DNA from: Gemmatimonadota bacterium
Lineage (GTDB): Bacteria; Gemmatimonadota; Gemmatimonadetes; Gemmatimonadales; GWC2-71-9
DNA length: 64,000 bases
Direction: 5' to 3'
Assembly (NCBI GenBank): GCA_041482275.1
Contig: JBGPDL010000004.1
Location: forward strand, 9,862 to 73,861
The position numbers and the translations under genes were made by a program. Shown here piece after piece: positions 29,973-38,812 of the stretch. The stretch's first letter is position 1; each line of letters starts with the position of its first letter. The notes under the pieces are model-generated. The model worked only from the letters and a program-made list of their open reading frames with translations, had not been told where the DNA came from and searched no databases.

Positions 29973-30581
29973 GTGCCGCTCACTCGCCGTCAGCGCGAGA
30001 TTCTCGACTTCATCTCCACCCAGATCTCCGGCCAGGGGTACGCCCCGAGCTTCGAGGAGATCGCGGAGCGCTTCTCGTTTCGCTCCCTCGCCACCGTCCA
30101 CGAGCATCTCACCAACCTCGAGCGCAAGGGCTACATCCATCGCGCGCACAACGAGAGTCGCGGCATCGAGATCGTGCCACCCCGCGGTCAGACGGGTGCC
30201 ACCGAGCTGCCGCTGCAAGGCCTGGTCGCCGCAGGCGAGCCGATCGAGGCCGTCGCCGGCCACGATACCCTCGCGGTGCCCGACGACCTGATCCCCCGGC
30301 GTGGCCGCAGCTACGTCCTCAAAGTGCGCGGTCAATCGATGATCGACGAGCACATCAAGGATGGAGACTTCATCGTGGTGCACGAGCGCAACCAGGCCGA
30401 CAACGGCCAGACGGTGGTCGCGTTGGTCCACGGCTCGAGCGCCACGGTCAAGCGGTTCTATCGTGAGCCCGGCGGCTGGATCCGGTTGGAGCCCGCGAAC
30501 GCGACGATGACGGCCCTTCGTGTCAACGAACGGGACGTGATGGTGCAAGGCGTCGTCGTGGGCGTCATCCGGAAGTACTAG
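29973..30581 (+). CDS. lexA: LexA repressor
   Basis: ORF 29748..30581 trimmed to the GTG at 29973, which has a good SD. LTRRQREILDFI...SFEEIA (wHTH), cleavage region VAAGEP, catalytic VRGQSMID and ATVKRF. Confidence 0.9.
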   Translation: MPLTRRQREILDFISTQISGQGYAPSFEEIAERFSFRSLATVHEHLTNLERKGYIHRAHNESRGIEIVPPRGQTGATELPLQGLVAAGEPIEAVAGHDTLAVPDDLIPRRGRSYVLKVRGQSMIDEHIKDGDFIVVHERNQADNGQTVVALVHGSSATVKRFYREPGGWIRLEPANATMTALRVNERDVMVQGVVVGVIRKY

Positions 30582-31617
30582 TCGCCCGGCGCAGGCGCTC
30601 CAGCGCCTCACGGGCGGCGCCGGCCTGCACGATTTCGCGCGCCCGCGCCACTCCGTCGCCGTACGTTGGCGCGAGTCCCGCCACATAGATCGCGGCGCCC
30701 GCGTTGAGGAGCAGCGCGGCGAGCCCGGCGCGGTCCTCGTGCCCGTCCCCGAGCAGGCGTTCGATGCGCGCCGCGTTGGCGGCCGGCTCGCCCCCGGCCA
30801 GTTCGCCCACATCGATGATCGCGAGTCCGTAGTCCGTCGCATCGAGCTCCCATGCCGTCACCGCCGCGCCCTTCACCTCCCACACGTCCGTGATGCCGCG
30901 CGGCGCGATCTCGTCCATGCCGACCCGGCCGTGCACCACCAGGGCATGCTCGACGCCGAGCCGCGCCAAGGCCGCCGCCATGAGGGGTGCGCGGTCCGAG
31001 TCGGCGACCCCCACGACCTGGCGCCGCACTCCGGCGGGGTTGGCGAGGGGGCCCAGCAGATTCATGACCGATGGCACAGCGAGCTCACGCCGCACCGGTG
31101 CCGCGTGCTTCATGGCGGGATGGAAATGGGGAGCGAACAGAAACGTGACGCAGGCCTCGCGCAGTACCCGGGCCGCATCCGCCGCGTCGACGCTGATGCG
31201 CACGCCCAAGGCCTCGAGCACGTCGGCCGAGCCGCACTTGGAGGTGAACGACCGGTTCCCGTGCTTCGCCACGGCGGCGCCCGCACCCGCGGCGACAAAA
31301 GCGGCGGCGGTCGAGATGTTGAACGTGGACACTGCTCCACCGCCGGTGCCGCAGGTGTCCACGAGGTGGGCGCCGTGCGCCTCCACGCGCACCATCGCGT
31401 CGCGCAGGGCCCGCGCCGCGCCGGCGATCTCCTCGGGAGTCTCCCCCTTGACCCGCAGCCCCACGAGCAGCGCCGCGATCTGTGCTGGAGTGGCGTCGCC
31501 GCGCATCACGGCACCAAACGCCTCGGTGGTCTGCCGCTCGCTGAGCGACCGGCGGTCGGCGAGGGCGGCGATCGCCTGCTGCAGGGGAGACGGCACGGGG
31601 TGGGATGACGCGGGCAC
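30565..31617 (-). CDS. trpD: anthranilate phosphoribosyltransferase
   Basis: 350 aa. VDTCGTGGGAVSTFNISTAAAFVAA and KHGNRSFTSKCGSADVLEALG. The 3' end overlaps the lexA 3' end by 17 nt. Confidence 0.95.
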   Translation of the reverse strand: MPASSHPVPSPLQQAIAALADRRSLSERQTTEAFGAVMRGDATPAQIAALLVGLRVKGETPEEIAGAARALRDAMVRVEAHGAHLVDTCGTGGGAVSTFNISTAAAFVAAGAGAAVAKHGNRSFTSKCGSADVLEALGVRISVDAADAARVLREACVTFLFAPHFHPAMKHAAPVRRELAVPSVMNLLGPLANPAGVRRQVVGVADSDRAPLMAAALARLGVEHALVVHGRVGMDEIAPRGITDVWEVKGAAVTAWELDATDYGLAIIDVGELAGGEPAANAARIERLLGDGHEDRAGLAALLLNAGAAIYVAGLAPTYGDGVARAREIVQAGAAREALERLRRATSTSG

Positions 31618-31642
31618 GGAGCAAGGGGGTTTTGGGCCTGCA

Positions 31643-31672
31643 AAGCTACTCCCAAAAATCGCCTTTTGTCAA
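31643..31672 (-). promoter_or_regulatory. candidate promoter for trpD (TTGACA-N18-TAGCTT on the minus strand)
   Basis: -35 at 31672-31667 and -10 at 31648-31643. This leaves only about 20 nt of leader before the GTG at 31617. Confidence 0.4.
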
Positions 31673-31729
31673 ATGCCACAACGGGTTGCGCAGCTTGATT
31701 GACCCCTCATTTCAACCTATCTTTCGCCC

Positions 31730-32515
31730 GTGACGAGCCGGCCCTACCTCGCCGTGGTGCAGTACGACGGGGCGGAGTTCGCGGGCTGGCAGCGACAGCT
31801 GAATGCGCGCACGGTGCAGGCGGAGTTCGAGGCGGTGCTGGAGCGCCTCATGGGCCGGCGCACCCCGGCCACCGGGGCAGGACGCACCGACACGGGTGTG
31901 CACGCCCTCGGTCAGGGTGTCGGATTCCTGGCGGATGGGCGCTGGACGGCGGACCCCGCCGAGGTGCAGCGGGCGCTCAACGCACTGCTGCCGCGTGACA
32001 TCTGGGTGGAGCGGGTGCATTCGATGCGCGCCGGGTTTGACGCCCGCAGGAGCGCGGTGGCGCGCCGCTACCGCTACGTGATCGGCACCGACGACGCGGC
32101 GCGCTCACCGTTCCGGCGGCCGTACGAATGGACGCTGGGCCGCCTGCTCGATGCCGAGCTGCTCGCGCGCGCGGCGGCGCTGCTGCCGGGGGAGCACGAC
32201 TTTCGCGGCCTTGCCGCGACCGGAGCGGGCTTCAAGAAGCCTCACTACCGCAGCCGCGTAGCGCTCGCCGAGTGGGCGCCGCGGACTGACGGAGCGGGGG
32301 TGACGTTCACGATCGAGGCCGACCGGTTCCTGCATCGCATGGTGCGCTTTCTCGTGGGCGCGATGGTGGACATCGCCCTGGGCCGGCGCCCCCTCGAGGA
32401 TCTCCCGCGCTTGCTCGCCGCGACCGACAACCACGCGGCCAGCCCTCCCGCGCCGCCGCAGGGACTCTATCTGCTGGCCGTGCGCTATCCCACTGACCTC
32501 TACGCCGAGGCCTGA
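31730..32515 (+). CDS. truA: tRNA pseudouridine(38-40) synthase
   Basis: 261 aa. QYDGAEFAGWQRQ and GAGRTDTGVHALGQ (catalytic Asp). Confidence 0.95.
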   Translation: MTSRPYLAVVQYDGAEFAGWQRQLNARTVQAEFEAVLERLMGRRTPATGAGRTDTGVHALGQGVGFLADGRWTADPAEVQRALNALLPRDIWVERVHSMRAGFDARRSAVARRYRYVIGTDDAARSPFRRPYEWTLGRLLDAELLARAAALLPGEHDFRGLAATGAGFKKPHYRSRVALAEWAPRTDGAGVTFTIEADRFLHRMVRFLVGAMVDIALGRRPLEDLPRLLAATDNHAASPPAPPQGLYLLAVRYPTDLYAEA

Positions 32516-32518
32516 ATC

Positions 32519-33187
32519 ATGAAGTTCTTCCTCGACACCGCAAGCTTGAAGGACATCAGCTGGGCGACGCAAGCCGGCCTGATCGACGGAATCACGACCA
32601 ATCCCTCGCTTCTCGCCAAACAGGCGGGTGATCTGGATCCGCGCGACGTGCTGAAGGAGATCTGCTCTCTGGTGGACGGTCCCGTCTCGGCGGAAGTCGT
32701 CGCCGTGGACGCCGAGGGTATGGTGCGCGAGGGCCACGAGCTCGCGAAGATCGCGGACAACATCGTCGTCAAGATCCCGATGCTCGAAGCCGGCATGGTG
32801 GCGGTACGCCGGCTGGCGGGCGAAGGCATCAAGACGAACGTGACTCTGTGCTTTTCGAGCATCCAGTGCCTGATCGCCGCCAAGGCCGGCGCGTCGTATG
32901 TGAGCCCGTTCATCGGCCGGCTCGACGACGTGGGCCAGGAAGGCATGGACGTGATCCGCGAGGCGCGGGTCATCTTTGACAACTATCACCTCGCGACCGA
33001 CATCCTCGCCGCGTCGATGCGCCATCCGCGCCACGTCGTCGAGGCGGCGATGATCGGCGCCGACGTGGCCACCCTGCCCCCCGATGTCCTGAAAAAGCTG
33101 CTGCAGCATCCGCTCACCGACCGCGGGCTCGAGCAGTTTCTCGCGGACTGGAAGAAGCTGGGCGCGCGGTCCAAGGCCGCGGTGTGA
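32519..33187 (+). CDS. tal: transaldolase (short type) / fructose-6-phosphate aldolase
   Basis: 222 aa. MKFFLDTASL, GITTNPSL, VVKIP (Schiff-base Lys), SPFIGRLDD. Confidence 0.9.
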   Translation: MKFFLDTASLKDISWATQAGLIDGITTNPSLLAKQAGDLDPRDVLKEICSLVDGPVSAEVVAVDAEGMVREGHELAKIADNIVVKIPMLEAGMVAVRRLAGEGIKTNVTLCFSSIQCLIAAKAGASYVSPFIGRLDDVGQEGMDVIREARVIFDNYHLATDILAASMRHPRHVVEAAMIGADVATLPPDVLKKLLQHPLTDRGLEQFLADWKKLGARSKAAV

Positions 33188-34617
33188 CGTACGCCTCGCC
33201 GCTCGGCCAGCGCTACGCTTCCCCGGCGATGCAGGCGCTCTGGGGAGAGCGGCGCCGCATCGGGTTGTGGCGCCGGCTCTGGCTGGCCCTGATGGAGGTC
33301 GAGCGCGAGCTGGGTCTCGAGATCCCGGAACGCGCCCTCGCGGAGCTCCGCGCACACCTGGATGATGCCGATCCGGAGCGCGCGGCCGAGCACGAGAAGC
33401 GGCTCCGGCACGAGGTGATGGCGCACATCCACCACCTCGGGGAGCAGGCGCCGGCGGCCCGTCCCTACATCCACCTCGGCGCCACCAGCGCCTACGTCAC
33501 CGACAACGCCGACCTCGTTCTCATGCGCGAGGGGTTGCAGCTGCTGCTCGGGCGCGTGGCCGCGGTCCTGGTGGCGTTTTCCAAACTCGCCCGCCGCTAC
33601 CGCGACGTAGCGTGCCTCGCGTACACCCACTTCCAACCCGCGCAACTCACCACCGTCGGCAAGCGGGTCACCCTCTGGATGCAGGAGCTGCTGCTCGACG
33701 CCGAGGAGCTGCTGCATCGTTTGGCGACCCTGCAATTCCGCGGCGTGAAGGGTACCACCGGGACGCAGGCGAGCTTCCTCGAGCTCTTCGACGGCGATGA
33801 CGACAAGGTCCGCGAGCTCGACGCCCGGGTAGCGCAGCGGATGGGGTTCGCGCGCGTCTTCCCGGTCACGGGCCAGACGTACACGCGCAAGCTCGACGCG
33901 CAGGTGCTCTCGGTTCTGGCGGGGGTGGCGCAGTCCGCGGCGAAGTTCGCGACCGACCTCCGCCTGCTGCAGCACGAGGGCGAACTGCTCGAGCCGTTCG
34001 AGAGCGATCAGGTAGGCTCGTCCGCGATGGCCTACAAGCGCAACCCGATGCGCGCCGAGCGGATGACCGGTCTGGCCCGCTTCGTGATCGAGCTCGAGGG
34101 CAACGGTTGGCATACAGCTGCGGAGCAGTGGCTCGAGCGGACGCTGGATGACAGCGCGAACCGCCGGCTGGTGCTCCCCGAGGCGTTTCTCGCGACCGAC
34201 GCGATTCTGGTGCTCGGCACCAACGTCGCGGCCGGGCTCGAGGTGCGCGAGGCCGTGATCGCGCGCCACGTCGCGGCGCAGCTGCCGTTCCTCGCGACCG
34301 AGCGCCTGCTGATGCGGGGAGTGAAGGCGGGCGGGGACCGTCAGCGCCTGCACGAGGTGATCCGCACGCACAGTCTGGCCGTGGCGCAAGCCGTCGCGGA
34401 GCACGGGACGGCGAACGACCTGCTCGAGCGGCTGGCCCGCGACCCGGCCTTCAAGACGCTCCGCGTCGCGGCTCCCGATGACGCGCTCGACCCCGCTGCC
34501 TACATCGGGCGCGCTCCACGGCAGGTGGACGACTTCCTGGAGCAGGTCGTCCCCGACGTGCTGCGCCGGATCGAGACGGTGGCGCCGGCCGCGGCCGCGG
34601 CCGAGGTGACCGTATGA
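33184..34617 (+). CDS. purB: adenylosuccinate lyase
   Basis: 477 aa. HLGATSAYVTDN, THFQPAQLTT, and the signature SSAMAYKRNPMRAE. Confidence 0.95.
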   Translation: MTYASPLGQRYASPAMQALWGERRRIGLWRRLWLALMEVERELGLEIPERALAELRAHLDDADPERAAEHEKRLRHEVMAHIHHLGEQAPAARPYIHLGATSAYVTDNADLVLMREGLQLLLGRVAAVLVAFSKLARRYRDVACLAYTHFQPAQLTTVGKRVTLWMQELLLDAEELLHRLATLQFRGVKGTTGTQASFLELFDGDDDKVRELDARVAQRMGFARVFPVTGQTYTRKLDAQVLSVLAGVAQSAAKFATDLRLLQHEGELLEPFESDQVGSSAMAYKRNPMRAERMTGLARFVIELEGNGWHTAAEQWLERTLDDSANRRLVLPEAFLATDAILVLGTNVAAGLEVREAVIARHVAAQLPFLATERLLMRGVKAGGDRQRLHEVIRTHSLAVAQAVAEHGTANDLLERLARDPAFKTLRVAAPDDALDPAAYIGRAPRQVDDFLEQVVPDVLRRIETVAPAAAAAEVTV

Positions 34618-35534
34618 CGGCCCCCCTGGTGACGAGCGCGTTGCCCCTGCCGCTCCTCCGCCGCGGCAAGGTCCGGGAGGTGTACGAGGTCGACGCCGAG
34701 ACGTTGCTGCTGGTCGCGAGCGACCGGGTGAGCGCGTTCGACGTGGTGCTGCGCGAGCCTGTCCCGCACAAGGGCGCCGTGTTGACCCAGCTCAGTGCGT
34801 TCTGGTTCGAGCGGCTCGCATCAGTGGTGTCGAGTCACTTTCTCACCGCGCACGCCGACGAGATCGTGGCGCGGGTCCCGGTGGTCGAGCCGTTCCACAA
34901 CGGCTTGGCAGGCCGCGCCATGCTGGTGCGGCGCACCACGCCCGTGCCGTTCGAGTGCGTCGTACGGGGATACATCACCGGCTCCGCCTGGGCCGAGTAC
35001 AAGCGGTCGGGTACGCTGGCGGGGGAGTCGCTCGCCCCGGGGCTCGTCGAGAGCGCTCGCCTCGAGCCGCCGATCTTCTCGCCCGCCACCAAGGCCGACG
35101 TGGGGCACGACGAGAACGTCACGTTCGCCCATGTCGCACGGGCGCTCGGTCGGCCGCTCGCCGGGCGGCTCAAGCAGGCCAGCCTGGGTCTGTACGAGGC
35201 GGGCCGCGCCTATGCGGCGCCGCGCGGCATCATCATCGCCGACACGAAGTTCGAGTTCGGCACCACGACCGACCGCCGTCTGCTCGTGATCGACGAGATA
35301 TTGACGCCCGATTCGTCGCGCTTCTGGCCGGCGGACCGCTACGCGCCGGGACGCAGCCAGCCGAGCTTCGACAAGCAGCCGCTGCGCGACTATCTGGCCG
35401 GGCTGCGGCAGCAGGGACAATGGGACGGCAACGCCCCACCGCCCCCGCTCCCACCCGAGGTCGTCCAGGCGACGAGCGAGCGGTACCTGGAAGCGTATCG
35501 TCGGATCACGGGCAAGCCCCTTGCCACCGCGTGA
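34614..35534 (+). CDS. purC: phosphoribosylaminoimidazole-succinocarboxamide synthase
   Basis: 306 aa. RGKVREVY, ASDRVSAFD, IIADTKFEFG. Confidence 0.95.
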   Translation: MTAPLVTSALPLPLLRRGKVREVYEVDAETLLLVASDRVSAFDVVLREPVPHKGAVLTQLSAFWFERLASVVSSHFLTAHADEIVARVPVVEPFHNGLAGRAMLVRRTTPVPFECVVRGYITGSAWAEYKRSGTLAGESLAPGLVESARLEPPIFSPATKADVGHDENVTFAHVARALGRPLAGRLKQASLGLYEAGRAYAAPRGIIIADTKFEFGTTTDRRLLVIDEILTPDSSRFWPADRYAPGRSQPSFDKQPLRDYLAGLRQQGQWDGNAPPPPLPPEVVQATSERYLEAYRRITGKPLATA

Positions 35535-36187
35535 TGCGCATCGCGCCCGAAGGCTGGCCGTTCATCCTGTTCGAGTGGGCCCTCACCGCCCTCGGCGCAT
35601 GGGGCGTGGGGGTGTGGGGTCGCTGGGTCTGGGCCGCGGAGGTTCCCTTGGTGCTGATCAGTGTGTGGTTGCTCGTGTTCTTTCGCGACCCGGTGCGGAC
35701 GGGCCCGCGGGGCGACCGCTACGTGATCGCGCCCGCGGACGGCAAGATCGTGGACATCCGCGTGGTGGCTGAGCCGATGTACCTCAAGACGGAGGCGACC
35801 CGCATCTCGATCTTCATGAGCGTGTTCGACGTGCACGTGAACCGCTATCCGGTGACGGGCACGGTGGAATTCACGCGCTACAACCCGGGGCGCTTTCTCC
35901 ATGCCGCGTCCGACAAGGCGAGCCTCGAGAACGAGCAGTCCTCGGTCGGGCTGCGCGGCGCGCGGGGGGCGGTGCTGGTGCGCCAGATCGCGGGCCTCAT
36001 CGCGCGCCGCATCGTCACGGACGCCGCGCCGGGTGATCGCGCGACGCAGGGGGCGCGCCTGGGGATGATCCGGTTCGGGTCGCGGGTGGACGTATTCCTG
36101 CCCGCCGCCGCCCATCCCGCCGTGCGGGTGGCCGTAGGCGACCGCGTCCGAGCCGGAGCGACGCTGCTCGCGGAGTACGCGCCGTGA
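35534..36187 (+). CDS. psd: phosphatidylserine decarboxylase proenzyme (short type)
   Basis: Trimmed from ORF 34955..36187 to the ATG at 35534 (TGATG overlap with purC). Two N-terminal TM helices, VHVNRYP, and the self-cleavage region MIRFGSRVD. Confidence 0.85.
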   Translation: MRIAPEGWPFILFEWALTALGAWGVGVWGRWVWAAEVPLVLISVWLLVFFRDPVRTGPRGDRYVIAPADGKIVDIRVVAEPMYLKTEATRISIFMSVFDVHVNRYPVTGTVEFTRYNPGRFLHAASDKASLENEQSSVGLRGARGAVLVRQIAGLIARRIVTDAAPGDRATQGARLGMIRFGSRVDVFLPAAAHPAVRVAVGDRVRAGATLLAEYAP

Positions 36188-37035
36188 GGCCGTTCCCGGG
36201 GCCCGGCATGCGGCGCGTCGTGATCGTCGTGCCGAGCCTGTTCACGCTCTTCAATCTCTTCTTCGGCATCTGGTCCATGGTGCTCGCCTCGCGCGGGGAG
36301 TTCTACCGCGCCGGCTGGTACATCTTCTTTGCCGGCGTGCTCGACGCGCTCGACGGCCGCGTGGCGCGGCTCTCCAAGACCGGCACGCGGTTCGGCGCGG
36401 AGCTCGACAGTCTGGTGGACGTGGTGAGCTTCGGGGTCGCCCCGGCGTTCCTGATCTATCAGCTCGAGTTCGCGAGCGCGGGCCAGGCCGAGTGGATCTT
36501 CTGCTACTTCTACGTCATGGCGGTGGCCATCCGCCTCGCCCGGTTCAACATCACGCAGGCGGGGCGCGCCAAGCGCCATTTCGTCGGCCTGCCGTCCCCC
36601 GCGGCCGGGATGACCCTCGCCACCTTCTACGCGTTCACCACGACGGATCTGTACCAGCAGGCATTCCGCTTCCTGCCGCGCCACCATCTGATGCAGCTGC
36701 TGATGATCCTGCTCAGCATCCTTATGGTGAGCAACGTGCGCTACGCGACGCTGCCGCGGGCCGGCATCCGCACCACGAAGGGGCTCTTGGGAGTCGCGAC
36801 CATTCTGTTTATCCTCGTCTTCGGAATCCTCGAGCACGACGCCTTCTTCTTCCCCCTGGGGATCACATACATGGCGTACGGCATTCTCCGCGCCACGCTG
36901 CTCGGGTACCTCACCGAGTCCGCAGACGACCGTGACACGGACATCGCGGGGCCGATCGTGATCGCCGACGGGCAGGAGCCCGAACAGACCTACACGCCGC
37001 CGCGCGGTACGGCGCCTCGTGGAGATCGGGAATGA
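36184..37035 (+). CDS. pssA: CDP-diacylglycerol--serine O-phosphatidyltransferase
   Basis: 283 aa. CDP-alcohol phosphatidyltransferase motif DALDGRVARLSKTGTRFGAELDSLVD, multiple TM helices. Confidence 0.85.
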   Translation: MRPFPGPGMRRVVIVVPSLFTLFNLFFGIWSMVLASRGEFYRAGWYIFFAGVLDALDGRVARLSKTGTRFGAELDSLVDVVSFGVAPAFLIYQLEFASAGQAEWIFCYFYVMAVAIRLARFNITQAGRAKRHFVGLPSPAAGMTLATFYAFTTTDLYQQAFRFLPRHHLMQLLMILLSILMVSNVRYATLPRAGIRTTKGLLGVATILFILVFGILEHDAFFFPLGITYMAYGILRATLLGYLTESADDRDTDIAGPIVIADGQEPEQTYTPPRGTAPRGDRE

Positions 37036-37295
37036 AAGCATTTCGGGTCGAGGTGCGTGTGATGCCGCGCGCCGCGCTGCTCGATCCGCAAGGCCAGGCC
37101 GTGGAGCATGCCCTGCAGGCCCTGGGTTTCGCGGACGTCGGCCGGGTCCGGATGGGAAAGCATCTCGTGCTCGAGCTCGAGGCCGCGTCGCGCGCTGAGG
37201 CGCTGGCCCGCGCGCGCGCCATGTGCGACCGCTTGCTGGCGAATCCCGTCACCGAGGATTACGACGTGGCCGTGGACGGAGAGGCGTCTCGATGA
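37032..37295 (+). CDS. purS: FGAM synthase subunit PurS
   Basis: 87 aa. VRVMPRAALLDPQGQAVEHALQALGF is typical PurS. Confidence 0.9.
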   Translation: MKAFRVEVRVMPRAALLDPQGQAVEHALQALGFADVGRVRMGKHLVLELEAASRAEALARARAMCDRLLANPVTEDYDVAVDGEASR

Positions 37296-38008
37296 AGCGC
37301 GTGGCGGTGATCGTGTTTCCCGGGTCCAACTGCGATGCGGATACGCTCGCGGCCGCCCGCGAGGCTGGCTCGGACGTTTACTTCGTGTGGCATCGCGACC
37401 CCGACCTGCGGCAGGCCGACGTGGTGATCCTGCCGGGTGGGTTCAGTTACGGTGACTACCTGCGCTCTGGCGCGATCGCGCGTTTCTCGAAGGTCATGGC
37501 GGCCGTCACCGCGCACGCCCGCGCCGGCGGTCCGGTACTCGGTATCTGCAACGGCTTCCAGATCCTGTGCGAGGCGGGGTTGCTCCCCGGCGGTCTCATG
37601 CGCAATGCGGGGCTGCGCTTTGTGTCCCGCCCTGTCCGGGTGCGGGTCGAGCAGACCGACACGCCCTTCACGTGCCTGTACGAGAAGGGCGAGGTGCTCG
37701 ACATCCCGATCGCGCACGGCGACGGCCGCTACGTAGTGGATGCCCGCACCGCCGCCGAGCTCGAGGCGACCGACCGCGTGGTATGGCGCTACGTGCGCGA
37801 CAACCCGAACGGCTCCATGAACGATATCGCCGGCGTTACGAGCGCCGGCCGCAACGTGGTCGGGATCATGCCGCATCCGGAGCGAGCCAATGCCCCGGCG
37901 TTGGGTGGCCAGGATGGTGCCCGTGTCTTTCACTCGATGGAGGCTCGACATGCGACGCAGCACGCTATGGATGTGCGCGCTGTTGACGATCGCCACCTCA
38001 GGGTGTAA
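37292..38008 (+). CDS. purQ: FGAM synthase glutaminase subunit PurQ
   Basis: Trimmed from ORF 37223..38008 to MKRVAVIVFPGSNCD (ATGA overlap with purS). GICNGFQIL (catalytic Cys) and MPHPER. A non-conserved tail of about 25 aa overlaps the next gene. Confidence 0.9.
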   Translation: MKRVAVIVFPGSNCDADTLAAAREAGSDVYFVWHRDPDLRQADVVILPGGFSYGDYLRSGAIARFSKVMAAVTAHARAGGPVLGICNGFQILCEAGLLPGGLMRNAGLRFVSRPVRVRVEQTDTPFTCLYEKGEVLDIPIAHGDGRYVVDARTAAELEATDRVVWRYVRDNPNGSMNDIAGVTSAGRNVVGIMPHPERANAPALGGQDGARVFHSMEARHATQHAMDVRAVDDRHLRV

Positions 38009-38480
38009 GCCGATCAACGAGCAGTGGACGAAGGTCAAAACGAAGTTCGCGGCGGCGCGCCATCGTTCCGTGCCGGGGCAACCGATGCAGCCCACCCCCG
38101 CCACGCCGAGCCCCGAGACCCCGGCCCCCACACCGGCTCCGGCTCAGCAGCCGCCGCCACGGCCCCCGTCCCGTCTTCTGCCCATGGAAGACGTGCCCTT
38201 CACATCCGCCGATACCGGCACGATTGCCCCGGGCATGGGTGAGAAGGACGTGTATGGATTGTGGGGCCCGCCCGCGGACGTGCGCCGCCAGGGCGAGTTC
38301 ACCTACCTCTTCTTCCCGAACGGGTGCGAGCACACCTGCGGCACCGCGGACGTCGTCATCCTCCAGCACGGCCAGGTCGTGGACGCCGTGCTGCGGTGGC
38401 CGGGACACGGCTACAGCGGCCAGTCGTCCTCGCCCATCGCCACACCGCCGCACGGCGTGAGACCACCTTCGACTCCCTGA
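37950..38480 (+). CDS. lipoprotein with Pro-rich linker and BamE/SmpA_OmlA-like C-terminal domain
   Basis: Trimmed from ORF 37890..38480 to [19 protein letters not shown] (lipobox). Linker [26 protein letters not shown], then [17 protein letters not shown]...[12 protein letters not shown]. The domain call is tentative. Confidence 0.55.
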   Translation: MRRSTLWMCALLTIATSGCKPINEQWTKVKTKFAAARHRSVPGQPMQPTPATPSPETPAPTPAPAQQPPPRPPSRLLPMEDVPFTSADTGTIAPGMGEKDVYGLWGPPADVRRQGEFTYLFFPNGCEHTCGTADVVILQHGQVVDAVLRWPGHGYSGQSSSPIATPPHGVRPPSTP

Positions 38481-38485
38481 GATCG

Positions 38486-38812
38486 ATGCCCGACAAACCG
38501 AGCAAGAACGAAGAGGAATACTTCGCGAGACGCGATGCCGAGCTGCTGCGGCAGCAGCGCACCAGCCTGCAGAAAGCCGCTGCGGAGGCGGAGCGCCGCT
38601 CCCATTACATGAAGTGCCCGAAGTGCGGCTACGACCTGATCACCGGGCAATGGCACGGCGTCCAGATCGACCAGTGCACGCACTGCCATGGGTTGTGGTT
38701 CGACGCGGGCGAGGCCGAGAGCGTGCTCGCCCATCCCGAGCCCAACGCCATCGGTCGCGCGTTCCGCGCGGTCTTGCGGGGCGTCTCCGGCGCGAAGGCG
38801 TCCGACGCGTGA
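38486..38812 (+). CDS. TFIIB-type zinc-ribbon protein (COG3809-like)
   Basis: Trimmed from ORF 38261..38812 to [21 protein letters not shown]...[17 protein letters not shown] is the two-CxxC zinc ribbon typical of this family. Confidence 0.7.
   Translation: MPDKPSKNEEEYFARRDAELLRQQRTSLQKAAAEAERRSHYMKCPKCGYDLITGQWHGVQIDQCTHCHGLWFDAGEAESVLAHPEPNAIGRAFRAVLRGVSGAKASDA

Noticed and set aside
31618-31729. Tryptophan attenuator or leader peptide upstream of trpD
   Set aside because: The best promoter candidate leaves only about 20 nt of leader. There is no small ORF with tandem Trp codons and no terminator/antiterminator pair.
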